A stretch of DNA of 32,000 bases, taken from positions 1,440,001-1,472,000 of the forward strand of contig NC_020304.1 in assembly GCF_000341395.1 (NCBI RefSeq). Direction: 5' to 3'. Positions 1-8,673 of the stretch are shown here, piece after piece. The notes below the pieces were generated by a model, which saw only the letters and a program-made list of their open reading frames with translations, was not told the DNA's origin and made no database searches. This DNA comes from Desulfocapsa sulfexigens DSM 10523 (GTDB lineage Bacteria; Desulfobacterota; Desulfobulbia; Desulfobulbales; Desulfocapsaceae). The stretch's first letter is position 1; the number at the start of each line of letters is the position of its first letter. The position numbers and the translations under genes were made by a program.

Positions 1-213
1 CATGTAGTGCATCATTGATGTTCTTGCTCCCGCTTCAAAAGAACGTATCAGGGTCAGGCCCTGCTGGAGGAGGGAATTCTCAAGGAGGCGCTGTTCACGG
101 TTGAGGTTGCGAACGGTTGTAAATGCAAGGATAACAGCCAGGAGGCAACTTGCAAGGATGAGTACAAGAGCGGGTTTTGAGAATTTAAATGGCTGGTGAG
201 TGGAAGGCATCAT
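1..213 (-). CDS. Sensor histidine kinase, N-terminal fragment (ZraS/AtoS-like); the gene runs off the left edge
   Basis: Absent from the ORF track because it is open-ended. The reverse complement of 1..213 reads MMPSTHQPFKFSKPALVLILASCLLAVILAFTTVRNLNREQRLLENSLLQQGLTLIRSFEAGARTSMMHYM with no stop. It has a short cytoplasmic tail, one TM helix, then an LL..G..LIR..E.G.R..M pattern that I recall from the N-terminus of ZraS-type kinases. There is no clear Shine-Dalgarno. Confidence 0.45.
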   Translation of the reverse strand, partial: MMPSTHQPFKFSKPALVLILASCLLAVILAFTTVRNLNREQRLLENSLLQQGLTLIRSFEAGARTSMMHYM

Positions 214-287
214 AGGATACTGTCTTACTGAGGATATGTACTTTGAGATGGTTGGCTATTTGTTTCATTAAAAACACAGTATAACAT

Positions 288-333
288 AAAAAAAGGCGAA
301 AAGTCGTGTGTGATATCAGAACCACGACCTTTC
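288..333 (-). terminator. Rho-independent terminator downstream of the ZraP-like gene
   Basis: On the minus-strand RNA, GAAAGGUCGUG (323..333) pairs with CACGACUUUUC (298..308). This gives 11 bp including one G-U, with a 14-nt loop, followed by GCC and U7 (288..294). Confidence 0.55.
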
Positions 334-415
334 ACCTCTTAAGAGATACTGAACTGGGTACCGGCGTGCTTATCGTTCAACACCGGTATTTGTGTCCTTG
401 CCGTACTCTGTAAAA

Positions 416-922
416 TTATTCTGCAGCAAAAGCTGCCTGGCGCTTGGCTTGCAGTTCCTGTCGCATGGTGAAGATTTCTTTTTCCTGTGCCTGCAGTTCA
501 CCTTGGGTCATTGCGGGGTTACGGGTTGCTTCTCTATAGGCGAACTGTTTGTCATGGATCTGTTTGCGGAGCTCTACGGTTGCATCGAGAAACGCATTCC
601 TTTTTTCAACCATTTCTGGGTTCATCATCGCGCCGCCGCGATTTTTGTAACATCTGCCCTGCTTCATTCCCTTGTGTCCCATTCCCATACAGGGACCAGC
701 GTTATCACGAAAACAATCCTGACCATTGTTGCCCATCATTCCCTGTCCCCGCATACTGCCTGGACCCTGTCCGTTCATCATTCCCTGACCATTCATTCTT
801 CCGTAGCCAGGACCAGCAGCAGGGATCTGAGGGTCTGGAGTAGCTGTGGTTGTCGCCAGAGCAACGCCTGCTACAAGTGAAAGGGCCATAGCTGCTGCTA
901 CAATATTTCTTTTCATTTTCAT
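416..922 (-). CDS. Periplasmic Spy/CpxP/ZraP-family protein with a Met/Gly-rich region
   Basis: Sec signal peptide MKMKRNIVAAAMALSLVAGVALA. It is followed by GQGMM-type Gly/Met repeats with three Cys, then a C-terminal helical region containing MTQGELQAQEKE (an LTxxQ-like motif of the CpxP/Spy/ZraP family). AAGGAGAA lies 7 nt upstream of the ATG. A sigma-54 promoter sits upstream and a ZraS-like kinase downstream. Confidence 0.6.
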   Translation of the reverse strand: MKMKRNIVAAAMALSLVAGVALATTTATPDPQIPAAGPGYGRMNGQGMMNGQGPGSMRGQGMMGNNGQDCFRDNAGPCMGMGHKGMKQGRCYKNRGGAMMNPEMVEKRNAFLDATVELRKQIHDKQFAYREATRNPAMTQGELQAQEKEIFTMRQELQAKRQAAFAAE

Positions 923-1001
923 GGTGGTTCTCCTTAGTAGGTTGATGTTTGTTTTGAAATACTCAAAACGGGCTTTGTCAATATCGACTCTGCCTTTTAC
1001 T

Positions 1002-1018
1002 TAGCATGTAGCGTGCCA
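1002..1018 (-). promoter_or_regulatory. Sigma-54 (-24/-12) promoter for the ZraP-like gene
   Basis: The minus strand reads TGGCACGCTACATGCTA, against the consensus TGGCACG-N4-TTGCW. GG and GC have the correct spacing. It lies about 70 nt upstream of the ATG at 922. Confidence 0.55.
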
Positions 1019-1255
1019 TGCCGGGATTTTAGTTTCATTGTCTTGTCTAACCATATAAATTTATGTAATAAAAAAAGTATGGTGTCTGATGTTTCAAGAT
1101 GTGCGAAAAGAGAGGTGTCTAATTTATGTGCACTTCTGAAACGGAGAGACAGGAGGGAGTGTAAAAAAAATGGACAAGGTGTTCTGTTGACGGGGGAGAT
1201 CCCCATCCGCCTCTTAAGTGACACAAAAAAGGCAGATGGAGAAAAAGGGAGGATT

Positions 1256-2131
1256 TTAATACTTGAATTTCGAGTGGAGTATTTTTAACTCGGCCTCAGC
1301 TTTATAACCGCTGATCATGCTTCCTAAAGCACCTTTGATTGCAGCCATGGACATGTATACGTGGATAATAAACATGGCTATCATGGCAGCGCCAAGGAAG
1401 TTGTGAATAACCGCTGAAAGGCGGAGAGTGTCAATGTTTGCAGGAAAAGAATAGAGAAAATACCCTGTGACGGCCATGACAGCCCCACCAAGAGTTGCCA
1501 GCCAGAACCACATTTTTTGCCCCGCATTGAATTTCCCTGCAGGAACCGGTTTCTTCTCCTTACTCAGATAACCGCCCATAATTATCATCCACTTCAGATC
1601 ATAAAGAGCGGGGAGCATATCTTTAATCCAGACCAGAAACATAAAAACTGCAAATCCTGCAAATACCACTGCAGAGAGCAGATGGATGGTGCGGGCCATT
1701 ATACCGATTGCCCCTCCGCCAAGGAGTGAGGCATAGATGATCATAAGTCCGGTGATCACCAGCAGGCTGAATGAGAGAGCAGCGCACCAGTGAACAATAC
1801 GGACAAAGAGGTTGTAGCAGTAGACCTGCTTGCCACTATGGTCAAAGACCATGGGGCCGATTGCAATGTAGTGGAAAAAAAATATAACAGGAACAATGGT
1901 GATCACCAGAAGAAACAGTCTCGGAAATAGAAACTGCTGCAGATTGGTGAAAAGTTGGCCATACTGCTGCCACTCTCCCGTGAAATTCGCATTAATCTGC
2001 TGATACGCAACAGTGAGCAACGGTTCCGATCCAACAGCTTTCGGTAGCTGCCCCGATGATTGGGCAATGGCCAGTCCAGCCATTGTCAAAAATAGAATGC
2101 AGCCTGGAAGAATAATTTTCTTCATAAGCAT
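1256..2131 (-). CDS. fdhC: Formate dehydrogenase gamma subunit (membrane di-haem cytochrome b, FdnI/FdhC type)
   Basis: Multiple TM helices carry His residues in the helices (HWCAAL, HLLSAV, HNFLGA, HVYMS). It is the last gene after fdhA-fdhB. The true start is probably the ATG at 2125 (MKKIIL), which has GAGG 6 nt upstream. Confidence 0.75.
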   Translation of the reverse strand: MLMKKIILPGCILFLTMAGLAIAQSSGQLPKAVGSEPLLTVAYQQINANFTGEWQQYGQLFTNLQQFLFPRLFLLVITIVPVIFFFHYIAIGPMVFDHSGKQVYCYNLFVRIVHWCAALSFSLLVITGLMIIYASLLGGGAIGIMARTIHLLSAVVFAGFAVFMFLVWIKDMLPALYDLKWMIIMGGYLSKEKKPVPAGKFNAGQKMWFWLATLGGAVMAVTGYFLYSFPANIDTLRLSAVIHNFLGAAMIAMFIIHVYMSMAAIKGALGSMISGYKAEAELKILHSKFKY

Positions 2132-2186
2132 CCTCGCAATGAGTTTGTTACGTAATCGTTCTCAATGGATCGGAGTTAACAAGTAG

Positions 2187-2225
2187 CAGACGATCACAGT
2201 ACGTTTTTCTGTCTGTGATCGTCTG
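2187..2225. repeat. Perfect 13-bp inverted repeat between fdhB and fdhC
   Basis: CAGACGATCACAG (2187..2199) and CTGTGATCGTCTG (2213..2225) are exact reverse complements separated by 13 nt. No U-run follows on either strand. Confidence 0.6.
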
Positions 2226-2256
2226 TCACGATGCGGGCAAGATCCATCGGGAACTA

Positions 2257-2844
2257 TTACTTCTTATTATAGGCTTTATTCCATCCCCATGCATTTGCAC
2301 CGGAGCCACGCTTAAAGACTCGTTCCCGATATACATCGGCAACTTCATCAGCATCACCTGCGATCAGCGATTTGGTGGCACACATTCCGGCACAGAGAGG
2401 TACCTTTCCTTCGGCGATCCGATTCTGACCATAGAGTCTCTGCTCTTTATCACTAAACGTTTCTTCGGGGCCACCGGCACAGAAGGTGCATTTGTCCATG
2501 GCACCACGGGCACCGAAGACCTGCCCGCTGGGGAACTGTGGGGCTCCGAATGGACAGGCCATAAAACAGTATCCGCAGCCAATACAGGTCTCCTTGTCGT
2601 GAAGCACAATGCCGTCATCACGTTGATAAATACAGTCCACTGGACAGACAGCGATACACGGTGCATCCGAGCAGTGCATGCAGGCGACTGATATTGATTT
2701 TTCTCCAGGTTTTCCCTGGCCTATGGTTATAACCCTGCGTCTGTTTACACCAACCGGTATATGGTTACCTTCCTTACAGGCCACCACGCAGCCGCCGCAG
2801 TCAATGCAACGTTCTATGTCACATAAAAATTTCATGCGTCCCAT
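2257..2844 (-). CDS. fdhB: Formate dehydrogenase iron-sulfur (beta) subunit, 4x[4Fe-4S] ferredoxin type
   Basis: Starts MGRMKFLCDIERCIDCGGCVVACK and carries further CxxCxxCxxxCP-type motifs (CMHCSDAPCIAVCP, CIGCGYCFMACP). AGGAGG lies 8 nt upstream of the ATG. It sits 12 nt downstream of fdhA. Confidence 0.85.
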   Translation of the reverse strand: MGRMKFLCDIERCIDCGGCVVACKEGNHIPVGVNRRRVITIGQGKPGEKSISVACMHCSDAPCIAVCPVDCIYQRDDGIVLHDKETCIGCGYCFMACPFGAPQFPSGQVFGARGAMDKCTFCAGGPEETFSDKEQRLYGQNRIAEGKVPLCAGMCATKSLIAGDADEVADVYRERVFKRGSGANAWGWNKAYNKK

Positions 2845-2856
2845 CTAGTATTCCTC

Positions 2857-5649
2857 CTATGCTCGGCTGATTTTACACAGACCGTCTTTAGTTGCCTGAA
2901 TCTGGGTAACAATGTCATACCCATAGTTGGTACAGACATTGGCTGCATCGCCAGCCACATAGGGCGCATGGCCTTCGGGATAATTACCGGCAATGGATTC
3001 CCCCATGAGAGTTCCTCCGAAATGATACGGCATGAAGATGGTCTTTTCATCAACACGTTCGGTGAAAAATGCCTTGACCTTTACCTTACCGCCTTCAGGC
3101 GACTCAATCCAGATCATTTCACCATCCCGCACCCCCAGGTTGTTACCGGTAACCGGGTTGACTTCCGCATACATTTCTGGCTGCAGCTCAGAAAGATACT
3201 TATTGCTTCTCGTCTCGGCACCTCCGCCCATGTGTTCAACCATACGGCCAGTGGTGAGTACGAATGGGAATTTGGCAGCCAGATCCGGACTCTGTTCGCT
3301 CTTATAGCGTGTGTTGACCCTGAAGTGATTAGGTTTGTCCTCGTAGGTCGGATAGCTGGCAATGAGATCCGGGCGTGGTGAATGGAGGGGTTCCCGATGG
3401 ATCGGAATTTGATCAGGGAAGTTCCAGACTATGCAACGAGCTCTGGCATTGCCAAAAGGTGCCATACCGCGTTTGATAGCTTCTTTGATGGTCTTTTGTG
3501 AGAGGTCGGTTTTCCAGTTGGTGCCTGGTACAACATCCTTGAATTCAGGATAGCCGCCTTTGACCTCACTGCCTGGATTGTAAATTCCCTCGGCAGCAAG
3601 CTGGTTTTCAGTACGTCCACTCATGTCATAGGTTTTTTCAAGACCGAAGCGGTTTCTGAACGGAAGACCACCTTTGGCCACTGATTTCGAAATGTCATAG
3701 AGAATAGGTGTGCCGGGATGTTCTTCGGTCCAGCATGGCCACGGCATACCATAATAATCACCATTGCATGGGCCACCCTTTGCCTCGAGGGTTTCGATGT
3801 CAAAGGTGTGCCAGTTTTCCATGTGCTTCTTGATCCGTTCAGGAGTCTGTCCGTTATAACCGATGGTCAGCATCCCTTTGTTGATCTCACGGGTGATATC
3901 TTCAGGTACTTCTTTGATGTTTTTATAGAACTTGTCGGCAAAACCAAGACGTTCCACAAGCTCTTTCATGATGTGGTAATCGTCTCTGCAGCCATTGATG
4001 GGTTCAACGATTTTGTCACGCCACTGAATCTGCCGTGATGTCGATGTTACTGAGCCAGAGGTCTCATACTGGCTTGAACATGGCAGGAGATAAACGTTGT
4101 CCGTGGTGCAGGTGGCTGCTGCCATGGTGGGGAAAGGGTCAACGATGACAAAGAGATCAAGTTTGTTATAGGCTCTGACGACTCGATCATACTGGGAGTT
4201 TGAGTTGGAGCCGCAACCCCATTGGATCATCGCCTTGATCGGTGTGTACTGATCAATCTTCTCTTCACCGAGTACCCCTTCATACCAGCGGGCAAGACTG
4301 AAACCCTTGGCGTTCATCCATTCCTTCTCTTTGAATCTGGAAACGATGAAATCATAATCAACATCCCAGACCCGGCACCAGTGTTTCCAGGAGCCATCAG
4401 CGAGACCGTAATAGCCTGGCAGTGTATCGGCCAGAACGCCCACATCAGTTGCGCCCTGAACATTGTCATGACCACGGAAAATATTGGTTCCACCACCGGA
4501 TTTGCCCATGTTACCGAGTACCAGCTGCAGGATACAGAAGGCGCGGGTGATGGATGATCCGATATGATGCTGAGTTCCACCCATGCACCAGGTCAGTGAA
4601 GTGGGACGGTTTGTAGCCAGAAGCTTGGCAACGTGCCGTGTCTGGGCCGCCGGAATGCCAGTAACATTTTCAACTTCTTCCGGTGTATAATGGGCTGCAA
4701 CCTTAACCATTTCCGGATAACCGGAGACACGTGTACGAATAAATTCCTTGTCTTCCCAGCCCTTCTGGATGATTTCGTTGATTAGTCCCATGATGAAAAC
4801 ACAGTCGGTGCCTGGGCGAATGCGTACAAAATCAGTCGCCTTGGCTGCAAGTTTTGTGAAACGCGGGTCAACGACAATAATCGGTGCGTTGTTGACCTCT
4901 TTGGCATGTAGAATATGCTGCATGGAAACCGGATGTGCCTCAGCTGCATTTGATCCGATAAAAATCATTGATTTGGTGTGTCTCATATCGTTGAGACTGT
5001 TTGTCATTGCTCCGTAACCCCATGTATTGGCGACACCTGCCACCGTTGTAGAGTGTCAGATCCTCGCCTGGTGGTCGACGTTGTTCGACCCCCAGAAAGC
5101 TGCAAATTTTCGTTGCAGATAGGCCATCTCTGTGGAGACTTTGGCACTACCGTTGAGGTGTAGGGCATCGGGGCCGTCCGTATCCCGGATGGTTGTTAAT
5201 TTGGCAGCAATTTCATCCATGGCTGTATCCCATGAGATCTTCTGCCACTTTCCGTTGACCCGTTTCATAGGGCTTTTAAGCCGTTTTTCAGAGGTTACCA
5301 TGTCAATGGCAGAGGCACCTTTACAACAGTAGCCACCACGACTGACCGGGTGATCCTGGGCTACTTCCTGTCTGACCCAGACTCCGTTTTGGACTTCAGC
5401 ATTAATTCCACAACCAACAGCACAGTGGGTGCAGATGGATTTGACCATTTTAGAGTCAGGGTATGCTGCCTTTACAGCAGCCGGGGTGGCTGCTTTTGCT
5501 GTCATTTTTGTCGTCATAACAGCACCAGTTAAAGCCGCCGTTGCTGCTGAAAGTTTCAGAAATGAACGCCTGGCAACCTTGGGATTCAGGGTTACCCGGC
5601 TGGTCTTTGTCCCCACTGCAGAGGAACTGCGAATTTTTCGTTGAGCCAT
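2857..5649 (-). CDS. fdhA: Formate dehydrogenase catalytic (alpha) subunit: Mo/W-bis-PGD enzyme, Tat-exported, selenocysteine-containing (930 codons)
   Basis: Track ORFs 5056..5649 and 2857..5043 are in the same frame, separated only by a TGA at 5056..5058. Read-through gives ...[29 protein letters not shown], the canonical Sec active-site context of FdnG/FdhF. The N-terminus has a twin-arginine signal (VARRSFLKLSAATAAL) and the CTHCAVGCG...CCKG [4Fe-4S] motif. AAGGAGAA lies 7 nt upstream of the ATG at 5649. Confidence 0.9.
5029..5058 (-). other. UGA(Sec) codon plus candidate SECIS hairpin
   Basis: The mRNA reads UGA CAC UCU ACA ACG GUG GCA GGU GUC GCC. GGUGGC/GUCGCC can form a 6-bp stem (two G-U pairs) with an AGGU apical loop, starting 12 nt after UGA. 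From memory, E. coli fdhF has UCG GUU GCA GGU CUG CAC C in the same codon register, sharing GCAGGU at the apex. Confidence 0.45.
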
Positions 5650-5670
5650 GTTTAGGTTCTCCTTTCTTGA

Positions 5671-5859
5671 TTAACGCAGGGAATCGTAATATTTTTTAAA
5701 GGAATCTGTCTTTTTGTACAAAACTTCGTCGGGACGCTTTTCCGTCGCGCTTTCCTGAGCTTTTGCTTTTCTCCCGACAAGTGCAGTCCCTGCAACCACC
5801 GCGGTGCCTGCAAAGATTTGCTTGAGAAAGGAGCGCCTTTTGTCATCATTTTGTTTCAT
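5671..5859 (-). CDS. Small Tat-signal protein of formate dehydrogenase regions (62 aa)
   Basis: Sequence MKQNDDKRRSFLKQIFAGTAVVAGTALVG... has a twin-arginine signal. The C-terminal YKKTDSFKKYY resembles the conserved C-terminal motif I recall for the formate dehydrogenase region TAT target family (Y-[HRK]-x-[TS]-x-H-[IV]-x-x-[YF]-Y). GGAGGA lies 8 nt upstream. The gene sits immediately 5-prime of fdhA. Confidence 0.7.
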   Translation of the reverse strand: MKQNDDKRRSFLKQIFAGTAVVAGTALVGRKAKAQESATEKRPDEVLYKKTDSFKKYYDSLR

Positions 5860-5950
5860 ACGTTTTGTCCTCCATAGAGAGTTATGGGGTGCTGCTGCAC
5901 TACGTCACACTGCGTTGTGCGGGCTTTAAGTAAAAAAACTGTTACAATTG

Positions 5951-6583
5951 TTAATGAATCGTCTCCGGTTCGCTTTCAAGAAGCCCCTGTTCAAGTTCCA
6001 GGTAGGCGTCAAGGAAGTTAATGCACTTGGTATAAAATTCAGCCTCACTATTTTTGCTGATACGCTCTCTGATCTGTTTTGTAGTCGGGATAAGAAAGTG
6101 CAGCAGCAGTTGATCCTGTATGCCTCGCGTCTCCGCTAACCCCTGTTTTTCTTCATTGATAAGGGTGATTAAGGCATCGAGCATAATGGGTAGAGAGTCT
6201 TCGGGGTCGGTGAATTTACTCTCCTTGACCAGTTGCGCCTGCTTAAGAATTTCCCTAAAATCTGCAAGGCTTGGACCGTAACTTTTACCATCTATATAAT
6301 AGGCAGCATTTAGGGGAAGAAGCTGTTTTGAGTAAGGATCTACAAAAAGTGAGTGGTGTTCGTCTTTGATCTCCTGAAGGCTTTTGGCGGCCAGGGTTGT
6401 TCCGAGTTCATGGATAGCGGTGTCCAGATGCTGGTCGATGTGTTCCTTATCAAGTGCAGCAAAAAAACCCCGCCAGCGGCTGAGGCGGTCAGCATCTGGT
6501 TCGTCCTGGAAAAATGATTTCAGGAGATCAAGAAAACGTAGCCGTACCCGGCAGAGGTCTCTATCTGTGAGGTCTGTTTCCAT
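5951..6583 (-). CDS. TorD/DmsD-family redox-enzyme maturation chaperone (FDH-specific, FdhM-like)
   Basis: About 210 aa and helical. It has the TorD-family hallmarks HHSLFVDPYS...LPLNAAYY and DPEDSLPIMLDAL. Its position in front of the Tat-dependent FdhA resembles the Campylobacter fdhM arrangement. Confidence 0.7.
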   Translation of the reverse strand: METDLTDRDLCRVRLRFLDLLKSFFQDEPDADRLSRWRGFFAALDKEHIDQHLDTAIHELGTTLAAKSLQEIKDEHHSLFVDPYSKQLLPLNAAYYIDGKSYGPSLADFREILKQAQLVKESKFTDPEDSLPIMLDALITLINEEKQGLAETRGIQDQLLLHFLIPTTKQIRERISKNSEAEFYTKCINFLDAYLELEQGLLESEPETIH

Positions 6584-8448
6584 TATACCTTCTCGCTGGA
6601 CTGGTAGAGGTTAATAACACGGCAATCTTCGCAGTAGGAGAGGAGGTCGTCCTCACTGTCCCACATGTTTTTGCTGGAAAGAATAGCCATGACTCTTTCA
6701 AGTGATTTACGGGTACCAAATATCTTGCCGCAGCCTTTACATTTAGCTGGTTCCGCCTGGGAGAGGAGTTTTTCGCTGAAAAAGGAAGATTGCAGCGCTA
6801 GTCCCGGGCTTATCGTCAGAGCCTGTTCCGGGCAGACACTGACACAGATACCGCATTGTACGCATTGCACCGGAGTGTGCTTCAAAGAGTAACTGGCACC
6901 GTCGGCAACCAGAGCCTCCATACGACACTCATTGACACAGGCAATGCACTGGGTACACCTGTCCTGGTCACAAATGATTTCTCCAAAATATTCTGTGGCG
7001 ATTGTTGCGGGTTCAGCATCACTCTGCTGCCGAAGAAACTGGATAATGTCTATAAGTTTCTTTCTGCGGCCGCTGAAGGAAAAATCATGGTAGAGATGTG
7101 CCAGTATGTCTTGGCCGCCGGTCTCGTCAAGAATGGCTTCCAGTTCAGATACAGTTGTCAAGCGGATAACCTCATCCTGCTTGAAGAGGGTTTGTAAAAT
7201 TGCATTGCTTAAGGTCATTTGTGCTTCTGTATGGGAACTGTCCTTGCTGAGTACAAGAATCTGTTTTGCTCCCATGGCATACAACATCAGAAAGTGCATG
7301 GCATGTAGTGCAGGAGTTGTCGGATATTCCATGAAAAAAACATTTGTATGTTTTCTGCCCCTGCTGTGCCACCAGTGTCTGTGCAGCTCTCTTTCATTTC
7401 CGATAACAACGGTTGTTCCGGGAGTGAGGGGGAAGCCCCTGAAGTATTCTACAAAAGCAACATCATCAAAACGTCTGTATTGGAGTGATCCCGTGGGGCA
7501 ACTGGCAAGACAGGCACCACACTCCAAACAGGCAAAGTGGTCTATCTGCACCCCCTGTGAACTCTGTTTGATGGCTCCGTGATGACAGGCGGTGAGGCAG
7601 GCTGTGCAACCTGTTTTAAGTCGTGCACTATACTGGCAGGAGGCAGATTCCCAGGAAATGGCTTCCACAACCTCTGTGGCGTAGATAGATGCAAAGAGTT
7701 TTGGGAGACTGTCTTCAGTGTAGATATTTTTTCGTTGTTCGGGTAGATCTATGGTGCACCCGTCAAGAAGGAGTATGGCAGGAGTTATGAGCTCTCGCCT
7801 GTCAACAGCGTAGAGGTCGATGGCGTCATGGGGGCAAGCCGCAAGACATTCTTTGCAAAAAGTACAGTGGGAAAAATCAAGAAAGAGCTGTTCCGAAAGG
7901 CAGTGTTCCGGACAGGCAGGGCCACATGCGCCGCAGTAGGTACATCGGCTTAGGTCCACGGGCTGTCTGACGGTGAAGTTGATCTTAAACCCGTTGTTTT
8001 TACGATGTATATGTAATTCCTGAGCTGTTGTTAATTCAGGGTCATAGCCCTTGGTGAGTATGGGGTCTATCTGCAGCACGCCGCCATAGGTATCCAGAAA
8101 GCTGTTCAGGGAATCGGTATCTTTTCCCATAACGGTAACGCGGGTGTCAGGCTCACGGGTATAGGATTTGTAGTACTGACTGCCATGGCGTCCGAATTCA
8201 GCGCGTGCCAGGGACATCATCTTTGTGTCGTCCGCATCCGTCAGGTCACCATTGAGCTGCAGGGTTGAAGACAGGGGAAATGACGAGTCAGGGTGGATCG
8301 TGGAGAATCCTCCGGCCAGGAGAACAGTTTTTTCCAGGCTGTTTGCAGTACATGGTACGGCACCAGGATGACTGGTAACAGCTGCAGAGAAATAATCTGA
8401 GTCTGCACCCGTTCCGGAGCAGAGAAAGTAGCCTGAAAATTTTTCCAT
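6583..8448 (-). CDS. Poly-ferredoxin protein (five or more 4Fe-4S motifs) with a C-terminal 4-Cys ribbon; uncharacterised FDH-associated
   Basis: Motifs present: CTYCGACGPACP, CTFCKECLAACP, CTACLTACHHG, CLECGACLASCP, CTQCIACVNEC and CVQCGICVSVCP. The terminal CKGCG...CEDCR lies at 6586..6741. The likely start is the ATG at 8448 (MEKFSGY), with AGGAAG about 9 nt upstream. The track ORF extends to 8505. Its stop overlaps the TorD-like start (TAATG at 6581..6585). Confidence 0.7.
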   Translation of the reverse strand: MEKFSGYFLCSGTGADSDYFSAAVTSHPGAVPCTANSLEKTVLLAGGFSTIHPDSSFPLSSTLQLNGDLTDADDTKMMSLARAEFGRHGSQYYKSYTREPDTRVTVMGKDTDSLNSFLDTYGGVLQIDPILTKGYDPELTTAQELHIHRKNNGFKINFTVRQPVDLSRCTYCGACGPACPEHCLSEQLFLDFSHCTFCKECLAACPHDAIDLYAVDRRELITPAILLLDGCTIDLPEQRKNIYTEDSLPKLFASIYATEVVEAISWESASCQYSARLKTGCTACLTACHHGAIKQSSQGVQIDHFACLECGACLASCPTGSLQYRRFDDVAFVEYFRGFPLTPGTTVVIGNERELHRHWWHSRGRKHTNVFFMEYPTTPALHAMHFLMLYAMGAKQILVLSKDSSHTEAQMTLSNAILQTLFKQDEVIRLTTVSELEAILDETGGQDILAHLYHDFSFSGRRKKLIDIIQFLRQQSDAEPATIATEYFGEIICDQDRCTQCIACVNECRMEALVADGASYSLKHTPVQCVQCGICVSVCPEQALTISPGLALQSSFFSEKLLSQAEPAKCKGCGKIFGTRKSLERVMAILSSKNMWDSEDDLLSYCEDCRVINLYQSSEKV

Positions 8449-8673
8449 TACTGTTTCTTCCTTAATAAGCAGTGGTTGCGGGGGTGGCTGTTGAGAATAA
8501 CGCATTTCCTGTTGTACGTATGAGTATCAGCATGTCAGAGTCTTTCTCGTTGTGGTGGAAAAAGTTTTTTCTTTGGAGAAGCAGTACTTACAAACAAAAT
8601 GATTGTACCGTAAACCTGAAAGGAAAGAAATCGGGAGAGACCCTTTTTTCTTGTAAGGCAAAAGCTGTCCTTG

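Noticed and set aside
700-800. DNA tandem repeat in the Gly/Met-rich coding region
   Set aside because: The repeats are imperfect and reflect the repetitive GQGMM peptide. They do not form an independent satellite or CRISPR-like array.
392-880. Plus-strand ORFs (392..880 and 487..843) overlapping the ZraP-like gene
   Set aside because: They are antisense shadows of a gene that has a signal peptide, an SD and a promoter on the minus strand. Their products are low-complexity and have no recognisable motif.
997-1288. ORFs 997..1224 (-) and 1013..1288 (+) in the zraP-like/fdhC spacer
   Set aside because: They have no SD and no recognisable fold. They overlap the sigma-54 promoter and its upstream region, so they are more likely non-coding regulatory DNA.
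2857-5043. Treating 2857..5043 and 5056..5649 as two separate genes or a pseudogene
   Set aside because: They share the same frame. The only interruption is the TGA at the conserved Sec position, and the 728-aa ORF's start is simply the first permissive codon (GTG) after that UGA.
5652-5849. Alternative-frame 65-aa ORF overlapping the small Tat protein gene
   Set aside because: The other frame (5671..5859) has the SD, the twin-arginine signal and the family C-terminal motif. This frame has none of these.
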